This document shows, one piece after another, positions 63,560 to 64,000 of a DNA stretch of 64,000 nucleotides. The DNA is from Candidatus Dormibacteria bacterium (GTDB lineage: Bacteria > Chloroflexota > Dormibacteria > Aeolococcales > Aeolococcaceae). The position numbers and the translations under genes were made by a program. A model generated the notes under the pieces. That model was not told where the DNA came from. It made no database searches and was given only the letters and a program-made list of their open reading frames with translations. Position 1 is the stretch's first letter, and every line of letters starts with the position of its first letter. The stretch lies in assembly GCA_051002895.1 (NCBI GenBank), contig JBPCLW010000042.1:199015-263014 (forward strand), in the 5' to 3' direction.

Positions 63560-64000
63560 ATGGCCGCCGCTGTGTTCGACCTCCTTCGCGCCATACCCAC
63601 CCGCCGGATCGACCCCGCCCGTCGCCTGCTGGTCGGCCAACTCATCATGTTCACGGGCATCGCCGCCCTCTTCCCCGTCGTGCCCCTGTATGTCGCCGCA
63701 CATGGGGGCTCGTCGCTCGACATCGGCCTCTTCATCGCCGGCCCGATGGTCGCGAACACCCTGGTGCAGATCCCCGCCGGACGGCTCGTCGACAGGATCG
63801 GGCGCAAACCAGTGCTGGTGGGATCCCGCTTGATCTACAGCGCGGTCTCCCTGCTCCTCTTCGCAGACATCGGCCCACTCTGGCTCCTGGCCCTCTTCCG
63901 TTGCGGTCAGGGAGTGACCGGAGGCGCCTACGTCCCCGCTCTCCGTGCCGCACTTGCCGACCTCACCCCGCCGGAGCGGCGCGGCGAGCGCTATTCCCAG
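63560..64000 (+). CDS. MFS transporter, N-terminal part (runs off window end)
   Basis: Manual translation contains motif A GRLVDRIGRK, FR..QG, AALADLTPPERRG. Confidence 0.9.
   Translation, partial: MAAAVFDLLRAIPTRRIDPARRLLVGQLIMFTGIAALFPVVPLYVAAHGGSSLDIGLFIAGPMVANTLVQIPAGRLVDRIGRKPVLVGSRLIYSAVSLLLFADIGPLWLLALFRCGQGVTGGAYVPALRAALADLTPPERRGERYSQ

Overview
High-GC bacterial chromosomal core region, almost fully coding and mostly on the minus strand. Gene style and order suggest a Terrabacteria lineage near Chloroflexota/Dormibacterota (inference). It holds the start of the F0F1 ATP synthase operon, the glyA-tsaC-prmC-prfA-rpmE block, pyrG, uvrA, clpC/clpS, rpsA, panBCD-nadBC, ftsH, tilS, two CAU tRNAs, mazG, mfd, pth, ybeY, rpsU, a UvrD-nuclease fusion, aspS, rny, rsmE-mtaB-hit, hrcA-grpE-dnaJ with a CIRCE but no dnaK, hemW, lepA and an arginine deiminase. 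I saw no CRISPR array, prophage or intact IS. Main points of interest: (1) three full-length but catalytically degenerate genes around pyrG (GlpX, an MBL-fold protein, HtrA); (2) an RNase Y lacking its KH GxxG loop but carrying an Arg/Lys tail; (3) two orphan paralogues sharing an RLD..L.L.E..H / ..QE signature next to uvrA and the UvrD-nuclease; (4) a DoxX membrane protein fused to a transposase-like HTH; (5) an RHH-like regulator with a tandem repeat over its start; (6) many apparently leaderless genes. All calls come from reading motifs by eye; no searches were run.
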